From Zygnema circumcarinatum SAG 698-1b (Eukaryota > Plantae > Zygnematophyceae): 64,000 nt of DNA. Of the stretch, positions 1 through 10,800 are shown piece by piece. The first letter of the stretch is position 1; every line of letters starts with the position of its first letter. Where the stretch lies: NCBI GenBank assembly GCA_037447605.1, contig CM074805.1, positions 1,645,361-1,709,360 on the forward strand, given 5' to 3'. The notes below the pieces were generated by a model, which saw nothing but the letters and a program-made list of their open reading frames with translations, was not told the origin of the DNA and did not search any database. Both the position numbers and the translations under genes were made by a program.

Positions 1-1292
1 GAGGTAATGGTGAGGAACCTAAGTATACGTGTGACGTAGAGGAAAACACAATCTAGAAAAGGACAAACGATTGCTACAGGAAATTAGGAAAGAGTGGATG
101 GCAATTAAGTTTTGCTAGTTGGTAATATTTGCGCTTGAAGATGGATCCCAGGTGATTTTGAACAGATATAATGATAAGACAATATTAGAGGAGGTTCGAT
201 TGAAAAAACATTAAGTCAGGGAACGAGCGTGGATGTTGAAATGAGTGACAGGGGCACAGACGAGATGCAGGCATGCATGTTAGTGAGCGGAAGAAAGGAA
301 ACGAAGGGACACGAAAATTAAAAATAGCGAAGGAGATAGCAATAGTGAAATACGTGGAAGTAGTTTGAGTGGGGATGAAAAGGAGTCTATGCCCAATGGA
401 AAGTCACTGAGATGTAGTAGAAGTTAATGGAAGGTGGAGAAATCGGGAGCAGCAGATGGCGTGGGAGAGGGCTGCAGACGGGAGGGGAGAGTAGGAGAGG
501 GGAGGAGGAGAGGGGAGGGACATCAGTTGTATATCAAGACAGGAGAATAGCGGAAGAAATTGGCGGTATTAATGGTGAAGCAAATGAGAGGGATGTACGC
601 GACATTGGCTGACACGGGGACGGCCAAAAAGGGAGAGGGGGAGGGAACAGAAAAGAAAAGTAGATGCTAAGGGGAATGATAGTGGAGGCCTCCGATGTGG
701 TAGTGGACGTGCATTTTCTAATCCTGGAGCACTTCATTTTTATTTTTTAAGTTAGCTTTTGTCTCACATTCCATAAAGATAATGTTTGAGAACGCTGATC
801 GTCTGCTTGCTCCTATGTGGTAAGAGGACAGGTCTCTCCAGAGGACCGACCCCCGATTCTAGAACGTGATTTATGTTCATCCCCCGGTGCTTCATCGCAG
901 CTTTTCGGTCGTTGAAGCTGATTCAATGGCAACTGCTCCACATTCATTATTCTATGCCTTCCATTGAAGGGTTTTTCGACCAAAATAGAAATTTGATTTT
1001 ATTTGTACATGTTGAATTAATAACTCTACTTTTTATGTTTAGATTAAAAGGCTTTGTTCGAAAAGGCTTCAACGGTGGTAGTCGAAGGGAGGGCGGGACG
1101 GATAACTAATTCAGCATGAGCGCCTGCCTTGCGGACCAATTTCCATAAAGGAAAACGCATCACGTTTCTGTCTTTTTTCTGCATGTGTGTTGGTTCCTAA
1201 TCGTTCCCACTCTCTCTAGGCGGGTCACTCGATGTGCTCGAGCTGCATGCATGCATGCGTCCTCGGGTGTGCGCTGCCCTTCCTTCCTCTTT

Positions 1293-1332
1293 CCCTCCCT
1301 CCCTCCCTCCCTCCCTCCCTCCCTCCCTCCCC
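1293..1332 (+). repeat. (CCCT)n microsatellite
   Basis: Ten tandem CCCT units read directly. Confidence 0.9.
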
Positions 1333-1613
1333 TCGCCGCTCCCCGCCGCGTGCTGCATTGGAGGGCGAGGCCCGCCGGCCACTGTCCCAGGGCTCGGCGC
1401 GCAGCGGGGCAGGGCTGATCCGTACGTTTGCGATGCGACCCAATACGTAATTCTGAGATACGATATAATGCGATACGACGAGATATTGTCCGGGTAGTTT
1501 CTTTTCATATCGTATCGTCTTCTCGATACGGGTGTGGTATGCGTTGTGCTGCCGGCTGATGACGTCACGCCGCGTGGGGGGTGCCGTATGAGTAGGGATA
1601 GCAATAATAATTA

Positions 1614-2100
1614 GGAAAATGCTATATTCACACCTTTTTTGTCTACACAGACCTTTTTCCGCCGGGCAGATTTTAAAATAGACAAAAAAGGATTAAAATG
1701 ATGGATGAGGATGCTTTTAACACACCTCTTTGGAATCGATACACACCTTGTTTCGGCGGGCAGATTTTATTTCACAATCTGCCCGTAGGCTGAAGATCCA
1801 TCCGCCACGAGATCGTTCGCGGGTGTCCGTCCTTCTCACGTGCATTCAATGTCCGCCGTCGATTCCTTCGCAGAGCACACCACGGCAGATCACCGTTCGA
1901 TCTGCAGACGGGCTGGGTCCCAGCGAATGGCACGCGCCCACGTGTCCAACCCAAGCCGGCACAAAACCCGTACAAAAGTGGTACGGTCGCAGCTTCGAGG
2001 AAAGGCGAAATGCCGTACATTGAGAGCCTGGCCACTCACAATTTGTCACGTCATACGAAAAAGACAAAAGTGGACACGTGGCAGACGGTGATTGGCCAGG
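1614..2100 (+). mobile_element. Solo, diverged arm of the foldback/MITE family at 41002-41904
   Basis: Shares ordered blocks with 41002-41460: gccgggcagattt, aaaaaggattaaaa, tttggaatcgatac, gtcgattcc, ggcagatcacc, gatctgcag, cagcgaatggcacg, ccgtacaaa, gtacggtcgca, cgtacattgaga, acacgtggcaga. No second arm seen. Confidence 0.6.
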
Positions 2101-2105
2101 CTTGG

Positions 2106-2170
2106 AGGAGCGGAGGGAGGGGAGGGAGGGGAGGGAGGGGAGGGAGGGGAGGGAGGGGAGGGAGGAGGAG
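2106..2170 (+). repeat. (GGAGGGAGG)n G-rich tandem repeat
   Basis: Direct reading of ggagggaggggagggagggg... tract. Confidence 0.85.
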
Positions 2171-2672
2171 AAGAAGAGGAAGAATCAGAGGAGGCAGAAT
2201 GAACGAGGAGACGGCGAGACGAGAACGGGACAAAGGCTCTGCATGTCTTGCAGCCCTCACGGTCTTCTCTCCCACACAAGGCCAAACCCATCATTGAGCC
2301 CGAAACACAATGCGGAGGTTTACAGTCATGATTCCAGGGAGCCGATGTGGGTTTGGAGCAAAGATTTTTTCTTGCCACAATATTTGATACATTTCCTGAG
2401 AAGTTAGCAACCGCCAAGCGCAAAGGAGCCGCTTTAAAATGAAAAGCCATTCCTATCAACAACCATTGTGAGTTCTACAGTACATATCCTCGACGGAGCT
2501 GCCTGAATACCAGCAACACCCTCTACATGTTAAATATGTGGACGAATAGGACTCTAAAAGCGGCTTTTAAATGCCGCCATTACCTCAGCGAAGCTGACTG
2601 CTGCTAAGCGTAAACACGGGGCTATCCCTCCCTCTTACGCAACCAAGATCCACGGACAACCCTAAGTCTTCT

Positions 2673-5638
2673 TTACGTTCTCTTGTACGAAAGAGCTTTT
2701 TCCTGCACAAATGTCGCAAAGAAAACGTCAACGCCGAGAAGGACAGGAACGTGTCTAGACTCTCTGTCAAGATTCCACTTCTTCAGCCACACCATTCAGG
2801 AGTGAGATAAGATTGGCAAGATAAGAGAGTGAAACAAGGCAAAGAGAAGGACCCCGCAGGCCGACTTTGAGAGGAGAGTTGGAGGGCGCACCGTGTGCAG
2901 CATGGTCGCTGGCAGCCAGGCGGGCGCTGTGGGGATGCCGGCCCATGCAATCTGCACAGCGCGCATGCATGCCAAGAAACATCAGAACGAAATGTCACTT
3001 ACGAAAACAGGTAAGTAACAGGCCAGTCTTTTTGTTAGATATATGGCATAGGAGTCTTGAATATGTCCGACGCATGATCTGACTCAAGTTCACTAAGCTT
3101 TTCTTTGGATGGACAAGGTGTGCACCTTTCAACTCTGATAAGGGAAATGATACAACCAGAGCCTTATCCTGAGCTTAAGACAAAAAGGTCTATGCTTACG
3201 GCTTCGAGTATAGTCCATTTCCCCTTTAGGTTTGCAGATCACAAACACATTAACCGGGAATGGTTCAAGATTCATAGGGCAACATCGCTCATCATGGCAA
3301 TCACACTACAAGAGCTATCATTGTCAGTCAAACCCTGCTCGCTTCAACAGAAACGAGAACAATCTTCACATACCACCATACTGATTGTATGCAATAAAGA
3401 GATGCTAAGGTGACCCAGCATCGTGAAAGACACATACCAGAGCGTATTCTCCTGACTCGAAAAAACGAACATCAAGCACCTGCAAGACAACAAAAAAGCA
3501 CACTTAAATCCGTCAATTAGTCTCTTTATCGAGGCCTCCACTCTGTCAGTCCTGCAGAAATGCAACTTCCCTTCCCGCTCACTGTAGTAACACCACAACT
3601 TATACCTCGCCACGTGCTTCATAGATGTAGTCTAGACCTTTGAAATACGGGGGGTGGTCCACTGCCATGAACTGCATCCATCCCACCGCAAGAGGTCAAT
3701 GTAAAAAATATCAAAATAAATGCTGCTCGGGCGAAATGCCTAGCTCCAATTCTGATAAACAGGTGGTTCTAAGACAGACACTCATATTGGCGATGGCAGA
3801 CGGAGTACCTCAACACTCGCAAGATACGTCTCCTTGTCCACACGCACAATTAGTCCTTTCTTCACTGCATGCCGAAACGAAATAGACAATAATCTGGAAT
3901 TGTGTTAGAGCGGGAATTCACCAAAGCGGGAAAGCGGACTAAAAAGGCTGAATGATAATAACAAAGATGGGAGCAGACTCACATGTTGGCTTTGGTGGCT
4001 CTTCCTCCTTCACGCTTTCAGCAGTTGTCACCGCTGCCTCCTCAGCCCTCACAATAACAGACTGCCTTTGTCTCTGCAATTTCCGGAGAACAGCATCAGC
4101 GTGAGAGTGATAACAGCAGCTTCCCTTGGGCACTTCATAGTGAACAGCAGCTTGTAAAGAACTAAGTTCGACAGGTATGCCAAATGGAACGAGATAATAA
4201 TGCGAGACTTCAAAACAATCGTAAAGCAAAGGCACACCAACCAGGTAACCGCTTTCCAAAATCGAGCTTTCTAGAAAACCAAACACGCACAAAGGTTGGA
4301 TGTCCTGCCCCGTACTCTGTTTCTAATCGATAACTGCTATATCTACTCTAAGAAACGTATTTTTTCAAAAACATCAAGTAACAGAGGAATATCTATATAG
4401 AAATCAAAGATTCAGAGGACTTCTCAAACTGAAGCAAGAGCTCTCAAAAGTACTCAGGGTCTGCGAGAAACTAGGGAGCTATCTTAATCGAAGTACGAAC
4501 TCTTGAAGTATGGGAACAAGATTGGTGACATTAATGCGAAGTTGCATTGCTCAGATATGAGTATTAACGCCAAATTCAGAAATCTGGATTCCAGAACGAA
4601 GGCCTTTTCTGCTTTACTGTGCACAAGTGATGAGTGCTTCAGATAATGTATCTGGGGAACTGAAACTGAAAGCCTTCAGCCACCTAGGTTTCCAAAGACA
4701 TCGGTCATTTTGCATCCGGCATTAGTTTTTTTGAAGTTTGAAACTTTAGGTCTTTCACAGTTGGAGGGTTGTAGAGCACCTATGGCTAGCACGATTACTA
4801 TTGGAGTGCTGTACTTTAGGCGGCTTCTGAACCGCAAGGAGTAGCACTAAACCGTATAGAATATAGAACAACGACACAGCACCAAAGACGTGATACTTCA
4901 AGGTTTCAGGTTTCAAGGAAACACCACTGTTTTCTGCATTTATGCAAGAATCAAAGGCATTGGCGTACAAATGCCGCTGGATCCTTGAAACCTCGTATGC
5001 CCTATGCATTCCATAAGGTCAGTAAGTTTACTCCCAACAAAAGTGATTGACATAGACTGCAATGCGATTTGTTTTCTACGTGGGTACAACAACGGGAGTG
5101 CCCGCGAAGGGATGCGAACGTGCGATAAGGAATAAAAACAAGAATTTCAGGCGTTGGCATGGCATATACCTGGGTTCTTGCAGCCGTCAGGTGCCACGAC
5201 AGGGCTGAAAGCTTCGTTGCAAAGGGCCTGCAGCTGCTGGTTCTTGCACCTTGCTGCAATTCCAAATAGCAGACAGACCGCACATCGTGAGCTCCTCAGC
5301 CTGTCACCTTTCTCAAAAAGAACGACTGTGTTTGAAACACCCTGCGATATCTACATTCTCATCAAAGGAACCAAGACCGCGAATTTCCCCTGCCGGTCGT
5401 CTTAAACCTGCCCTAATATTCAGTAAAAGGGCCTTCTCCATCAACAAAAATGCGCGAAAAGCGCCACTTCTGAACGCCGTCCTGAATGTGCGCCAAACCC
5501 TAACAGCGCTCCCGGACCCATGCTCCCTGGCCAAACTTCTGACGCCGAGCAGACTGCGACAGACCTTACCTTGCACAGAGGCGCTCGGTGGGCGGGCGCA
5601 GAACAGGTGGCCGGCGCGAGCAGAGCCGAGGAAGCCAT
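2673..5638 (-). CDS. NDHO: Chloroplast NDH complex subunit O (NdhO), multi-exon, with transit peptide
   Basis: Spliced GT-AG exons give ...EEEPPKPTLKKGLIVRVDKETYLASVE / FMAVDHPPYFKGLDYIYEARGE (3606-3671) / VLDVRFFESGEYAL (3438-3479) / IAWAGIPTAPAWLPATMLHT / EKALSYKRT* (2673-2702). This matches the recalled plant NdhO motif HPPxYKGLDYIYEDRGEVLDLRxFETGEYALVxWxGIPTAPAWLP. The N-terminus MASSALLAPATCSAPAHRAPLCK is transit-peptide-like; start and exon 2 are less certain. Confidence 0.9.
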
Positions 5639-6981
5639 GGCAGTGCGCGCTGCCTACGGCTGAGGGAGCGGGGCAGTGCAGAGCTGCCTGCAGGCAGGCA
5701 GTCAGGCGGCAGTAGCCCAGGGCATGCGTAGGGCAGCCGTAGGTAGAGCCCTAGGCAATAGATCCTAGGCCGTAGCCCTGCCGCGGTTGGCGCACGCCGC
5801 AGATGGATAAGCGTACGTCAGCCGACCAATCACACGCGGCCGGCGGCAACCAGCCGGCCGGCTGCCGACGGGCGTCCAGCCGGTTTTCGTACAGCACGGC
5901 CGACTGTACTGTACTGTACTGGCCGCGGGCGGCACGTTGTCGTGGACCTCGTCCCATCAAAGTGGCGCTTTTGCCTTTTGGCCGGCGGGCTGGCGCGGCT
6001 CCTCGTTTTAGGGCTAGCGAGTAGCGGCAGGCGCATCGCACGGCGGGAGGTACGCGGAGAGTTTTGATCGAACGGTGGAAGGTGGCCACGTCCAGATCGT
6101 GCGATAAAGTCATGGCTGATCATCGACGGCGCAGGGCGTCGGAGGCAGAGTAGTGCATGGCTCAGATGAACGGCGCGATTTGCGCGTGTTCGCTGTTGGG
6201 GTTGTACCGCGCCAGAGACCCGCACAGAACGGGCAGGAAAACTGTGACTGCGGGAGGTGGCGGCGCTGCACAGAACGCCCTCCCGTTCAAGCACGCGGCA
6301 CCGCAGGGCCGCACTTCCCGACCGACGGACGACGGCTCACGAAGCCTTTGGCAGCCGAAACTCCCTCGAAGGGCGCTGTTGCGGATCTACATACATACAC
6401 AAGTTGAGGGGGGCTTAGCCCTCCCGTCAGATTTTGAAAATTCAAATTTTTTTTATGTGTACATTTTATGCCGATGGGGAGCTAGCCTCACCTCAGCATA
6501 AATTCTGGATCCGCCATCTGCAAGGGGGGAGAGCTGCGGCCGTGCCTTCAGAGACTCCTGCAGAGTCTGACCAGCGTCACAGAGTTTCCGATTTTTCTGT
6601 ACGGTACGGTACCTCGCCTCGATTTCGGACATGCGACTGGACTTAGAGTTTGACCGCTGTCGAAGGTCTAACTCCGACCAAAATTTTTACTCCGCATAGC
6701 CACTCGAAGCCCTTGTAACGCCGCTGTCCTTGCTTGTCAGACTTAACAAAATCGAACGGAAGATGTTTCTTAAATAATACTGAAGGTGCTTCATACGGAG
6801 TACTCTTTTGCAAGCGGATCGCGATATCGTTATACAATATTCGTATAACATTATTAACTGAACTTGTTTTTGCGCGACGTGCTCCATATCGGCGACCTTC
6901 GCGGCTGCTTCGAGTGCCGTATCCTTGTTGAGCCTAGAGGCGGGGTTCAGGTCCTCCGCAGGCGGTCAGGGGCGGACCCGC

Positions 6982-7067
6982 GGGGGTGGTTTAGCCCTTT
7001 CCGCTCAGAATTTGAGAAAGCTCCGGGGGGGTGGTTTAGCCCTTTCCGCTCAGAATTTGAGAAAGCT
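6982..7067 (+). repeat. Tandem duplication, 41 identical bp at 45-bp period, in a degenerate MITE-like stretch
   Basis: gggggtggtttagccctttccgctcagaatttgagaaagct at 6982-7022 and 7027-7067; related sequence ggggggcttagccctcccgtcagattttgaaaa near 6409-6440. Confidence 0.85.
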
Positions 7068-7857
7068 GTCAAACGCAGCAAGCCTTCATTGTTCATTTAT
7101 CGATGTCATAAAGCCGGCGCGCATCGACAGGGACTATACACTCGCATTTCAGATTGCCTTTCCCAACTCACTGGTCAGCCCCTCTTGAAACTAACCTCCT
7201 GGATCCCCACACGACCCTTCAGACCCTAAAACCCTGACCGGCTCCTCGTGGTTTCCCATGTTGTCCATGTTGTTGCCCAACCCACGCCCTCCCTCCGCCT
7301 TGCGGCCCATTCCCCCGCCCCCTCCTAGCCGCCCTCCGCCCTCCGCCCTCCGCCTGACGCGTGGCGCCGTCACGATTCATCTGCCGTACAGAACTGACCG
7401 ACCACCCACGTGCTGGCCGTACTGTACGAATTCGACCGTGCGAAGCCACGGCGACAAAGTATCCCGCTGCCGTCGACGTGGCAGCCGCGGCCTCCCCCCG
7501 AGGTACGGGACCCGACGTCATCATATGCGTCATGGCCGAATCCTTTTGACGCGCACGGTACGTGTGGTGACGTGTGCACTTGGAACAGCGTCCAAGTCAT
7601 GCGCTCCTGGAGAGAGGGAGGCTGTACCGGGGAGAGGGAGAGGGAGCGGGAGTGGGAGAGGAGAGAGAGAGAGGGAGAGGGAGAGGGAGAGGGCAGAGAG
7701 GGGCCGGGAAGGGGAGTGCAGCCATAGCGAGGGGACATGGGGAAGGAGGGAGAGGGAGGAGGAAAGGAAGAGGAGGCGGGGAGGCGGGGAATGTAGCTGG
7801 AGGGAGGGCTGCTGGAGGGAGGGGAAGGAGAGGAGGGGCTGCTTGGAAGGTGCGACC

Positions 7858-10800
7858 ATGGGAGGATTTTGCTCGAAATGGTTTCCGGACGAAGAGGGGA
7901 TGGAGTCTCTGGATGGGTCGCTGGCTTCTCAACAAAGGTCGGCAGAAGTATGGGCCGGCATGCAGCGTTTGAGTGCCTCTGGGCACGGCTTGTGGTCTTC
8001 CTCTAGTAATGCTGCGAGCAGGCGGGTTCGGGTTGTAGGAGATAATTCGCATTGTTCTCTTTTCGGTCGCTCTGTGGGATGGACTTAGTCAATTGTTACG
8101 ATTTTTTTGAGTTTTTGTTGATGTAGAAATCTATGCTTGACACTTTAGGCCTACAGCTTGAGTGGTGAAACAAAGGAAAACTATTTGTTCAAGTTTTTTC
8201 TTGGTCTTTGTTTGCAAGCCTTTGCTGAATTATATTTCTTTGGGGGAGTTGCCGCCCGCCTTATTCCTTCACTATTGATATGGAACGCGCAGGGAATTTG
8301 GAACTTGTGCATTTTATAAAGAGGAGACTGAAGCAATGATTGACTGCACCCTGCAGGACATATGTATACTTCAAATAGTGCAGGTGGGCCCATTCATGTC
8401 AAGTAAAGTTCAGCCACTTGTAGTTGGCTTGATTATCACTCCGAACAGAGTATCTCCTTCATTTGCATGTCTTTTGAATTTATCATTTTATCTGGCCAAC
8501 ATGAACCTGAACTTTGTTTTTGCCTGCTTTCTTTGCAAACAGAACATCGGGAATTACTCATCACTAGAGCACCTCCCCCGAGACCTTAGCCAGCGAGTAT
8601 TCAGCGAATTAGCCAACCGACATCTGCTGACACCCGCTATTTTTCGAATCTTCAATGGATGTAATCTAGAGGTGCCAGTTTGCCTCAACTTCCGTTTGAG
8701 TCGGAATGAAGTGATTTACTAGCATGGCATTGTGCGCCTTCGGTGCTTTCAGTGCTCGTATTTGACAAACACAAGGTTGGAGCTAAGTGTCCTTTGCACC
8801 TCATGGCTTTTTTGACGTGACTTTGTTACACAACTCACGTTGCCTGTGGGTTGCAGGATGTATCTCTCAAATGCCATCCGGGAATCGCTGATCCTTGGCT
8901 GCACTTGGTTAGCCGGCACAATGCCTCCCTACTGTCTCTAGACCTTTCAGGATGCAGCCAGCTGTCAGACGCGGGTTTGCTGCAGCTGCTGGAAGCTGTG
9001 AACCTTGAAACAGTCTCCCTCAATGGTTGCTTTCGAATTACAAATGTGGGACTCTCGTTTCTACGGGGTCAGTGGCTTAAACAAGCACCTTCACCCTTCT
9101 CATCTGTTTCTTGTGGGACGACTTGTTTTACGTCCTGGGTAATGAATTGTTAATGTCAACAATAATTCTCCGAACTTTGCATGTGGTGGGGCCTAATATG
9201 ACAACTTGAAGAAGTGTGTGGTTACCTCTAGAAACTCGACCGCACAATTGCTGCCAATATGTTTGTTGAAGCACAGTCTCACCCTCTGACTGTTTTGAAG
9301 TTGAAACTAGATTGCATCGATAGCCAAGGAGGGGAGACATTTGTTTGTATTTATGTGGCCATTTGTGCATGGGATGAATGTGTACCTGAAATCTCAGAAT
9401 ATGTACGAAAACAACCTTTCGTCAGATACACGGCCTTTTCTAAGGAATTTCATTCTTTTTATACCTTTTTTTGCAGGCTCGAGCAACTTGAAAAGTGTCA
9501 GTTGCAAGAGATGCCCTCTCATCACAGCTACGGCCTTGGCGTCCTTTTCACACCTTTCGTCACTGAGAACTTTGGATATGGAGCTTTGCCCACGGATTGG
9601 GGAAGGACTAGTGCATATTCAAGGTAATTGGGACAATTTCAGTAAGCACAAAACTGCACCGCTTTTGCATGCGGAGTGGTTACTCACCCATGTAGCGATT
9701 CGCAGAGTTTAGTTGATTTGGACCAGGAACAAGAGCTGATTCCGCTTTTGGAATGAAAAGTGTCTGTGTCGATGTGAGAAATGTATGGAATAGATGCTTA
9801 GGGGTAAGTCTACATGTACCGGATTCTCTTTTTTTCTGCCTCTCCTTGCCCCTAAAGGTGGCTTCCCTTGTGCTAATGGCAGTTGTACTGAAGAATGTGA
9901 TTGAGACCGTAGAGTAGATACTACCGAAATACCTCAACTTTCCGCATGGACCTTGATGTTGCGACTCCTGCTCTCATTGTGGAGGTGGCTCAGGCTTGAC
10001 CAAGCTGAGACGACTCAACCTTGACTGGTGCAAGTCAGCGAGTGACTCGGACATGCGTGCGCTGTCAGCCATGGCGGAATTGGAAGAGCTCAACCTTTCA
10101 TTCTCTAAAGTCTCCGACTGCGGCATCAAGCAGCTGCAAGGTGCCATTCTGATGTGAACCATTTACCTTCCCAGGTGAACCAGGAAGCTGTTTTGTTGCA
10201 GCCAAGCAATGAGAAACTTGGGGAAGCCAGTTCTTGCGTAGTTTTTTGGCCAAGTCATCTTTTGTCATCCTCGGCAATGCAGAATGATAACTGTTCTACG
10301 CATGTAACTAGGCATTATTTTCGCTGGTAGTTTTTTTTTGTTGTTTGGCATAGCTTTTTATATTTTTCAAAGTGGCACTTAGATGACTGTATGTTTTCTT
10401 AAAGAAGAAGAGCTGCCAAGGAAAAACTCTCTCTTATACGTCTCAAAGTTATCTGCTGGGATAATTAGTTTAACAAACCGCCATTCTGCTTTGATGCAGG
10501 TTTGACGAGATTGAAGGTTCTAGACATGGCTGGATGCCCTATTTCTGATTTAGGGCTTTCAACAATTTGTAGTGAGTTCCGTGAGCCTTTTCTTTAGTCG
10601 CTGACGAAGAATGGAATACTGCAAAGGGCTGCCATTAGTGTGATCTGAATAATTCCACCTCACCGACTCCTATCGCAGGTTTTCTTGCAGAAGTTCACGC
10701 CATTGCGAGTTGCTCAATTTTGAGCAAACCTTAGCTCGTCAATGGACTTTCAGTAGTAATCATAACTCTATTGCTATTTGCTCTCGTAGTTAGCCATTCT

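Noticed and set aside
1-740. Purine-rich stretch as a possible LINE/RT remnant on the minus strand (a YLG-like triplet near the window start)
   Set aside because: Frames are interrupted by stops and no RT or endonuclease motif is recognisable.
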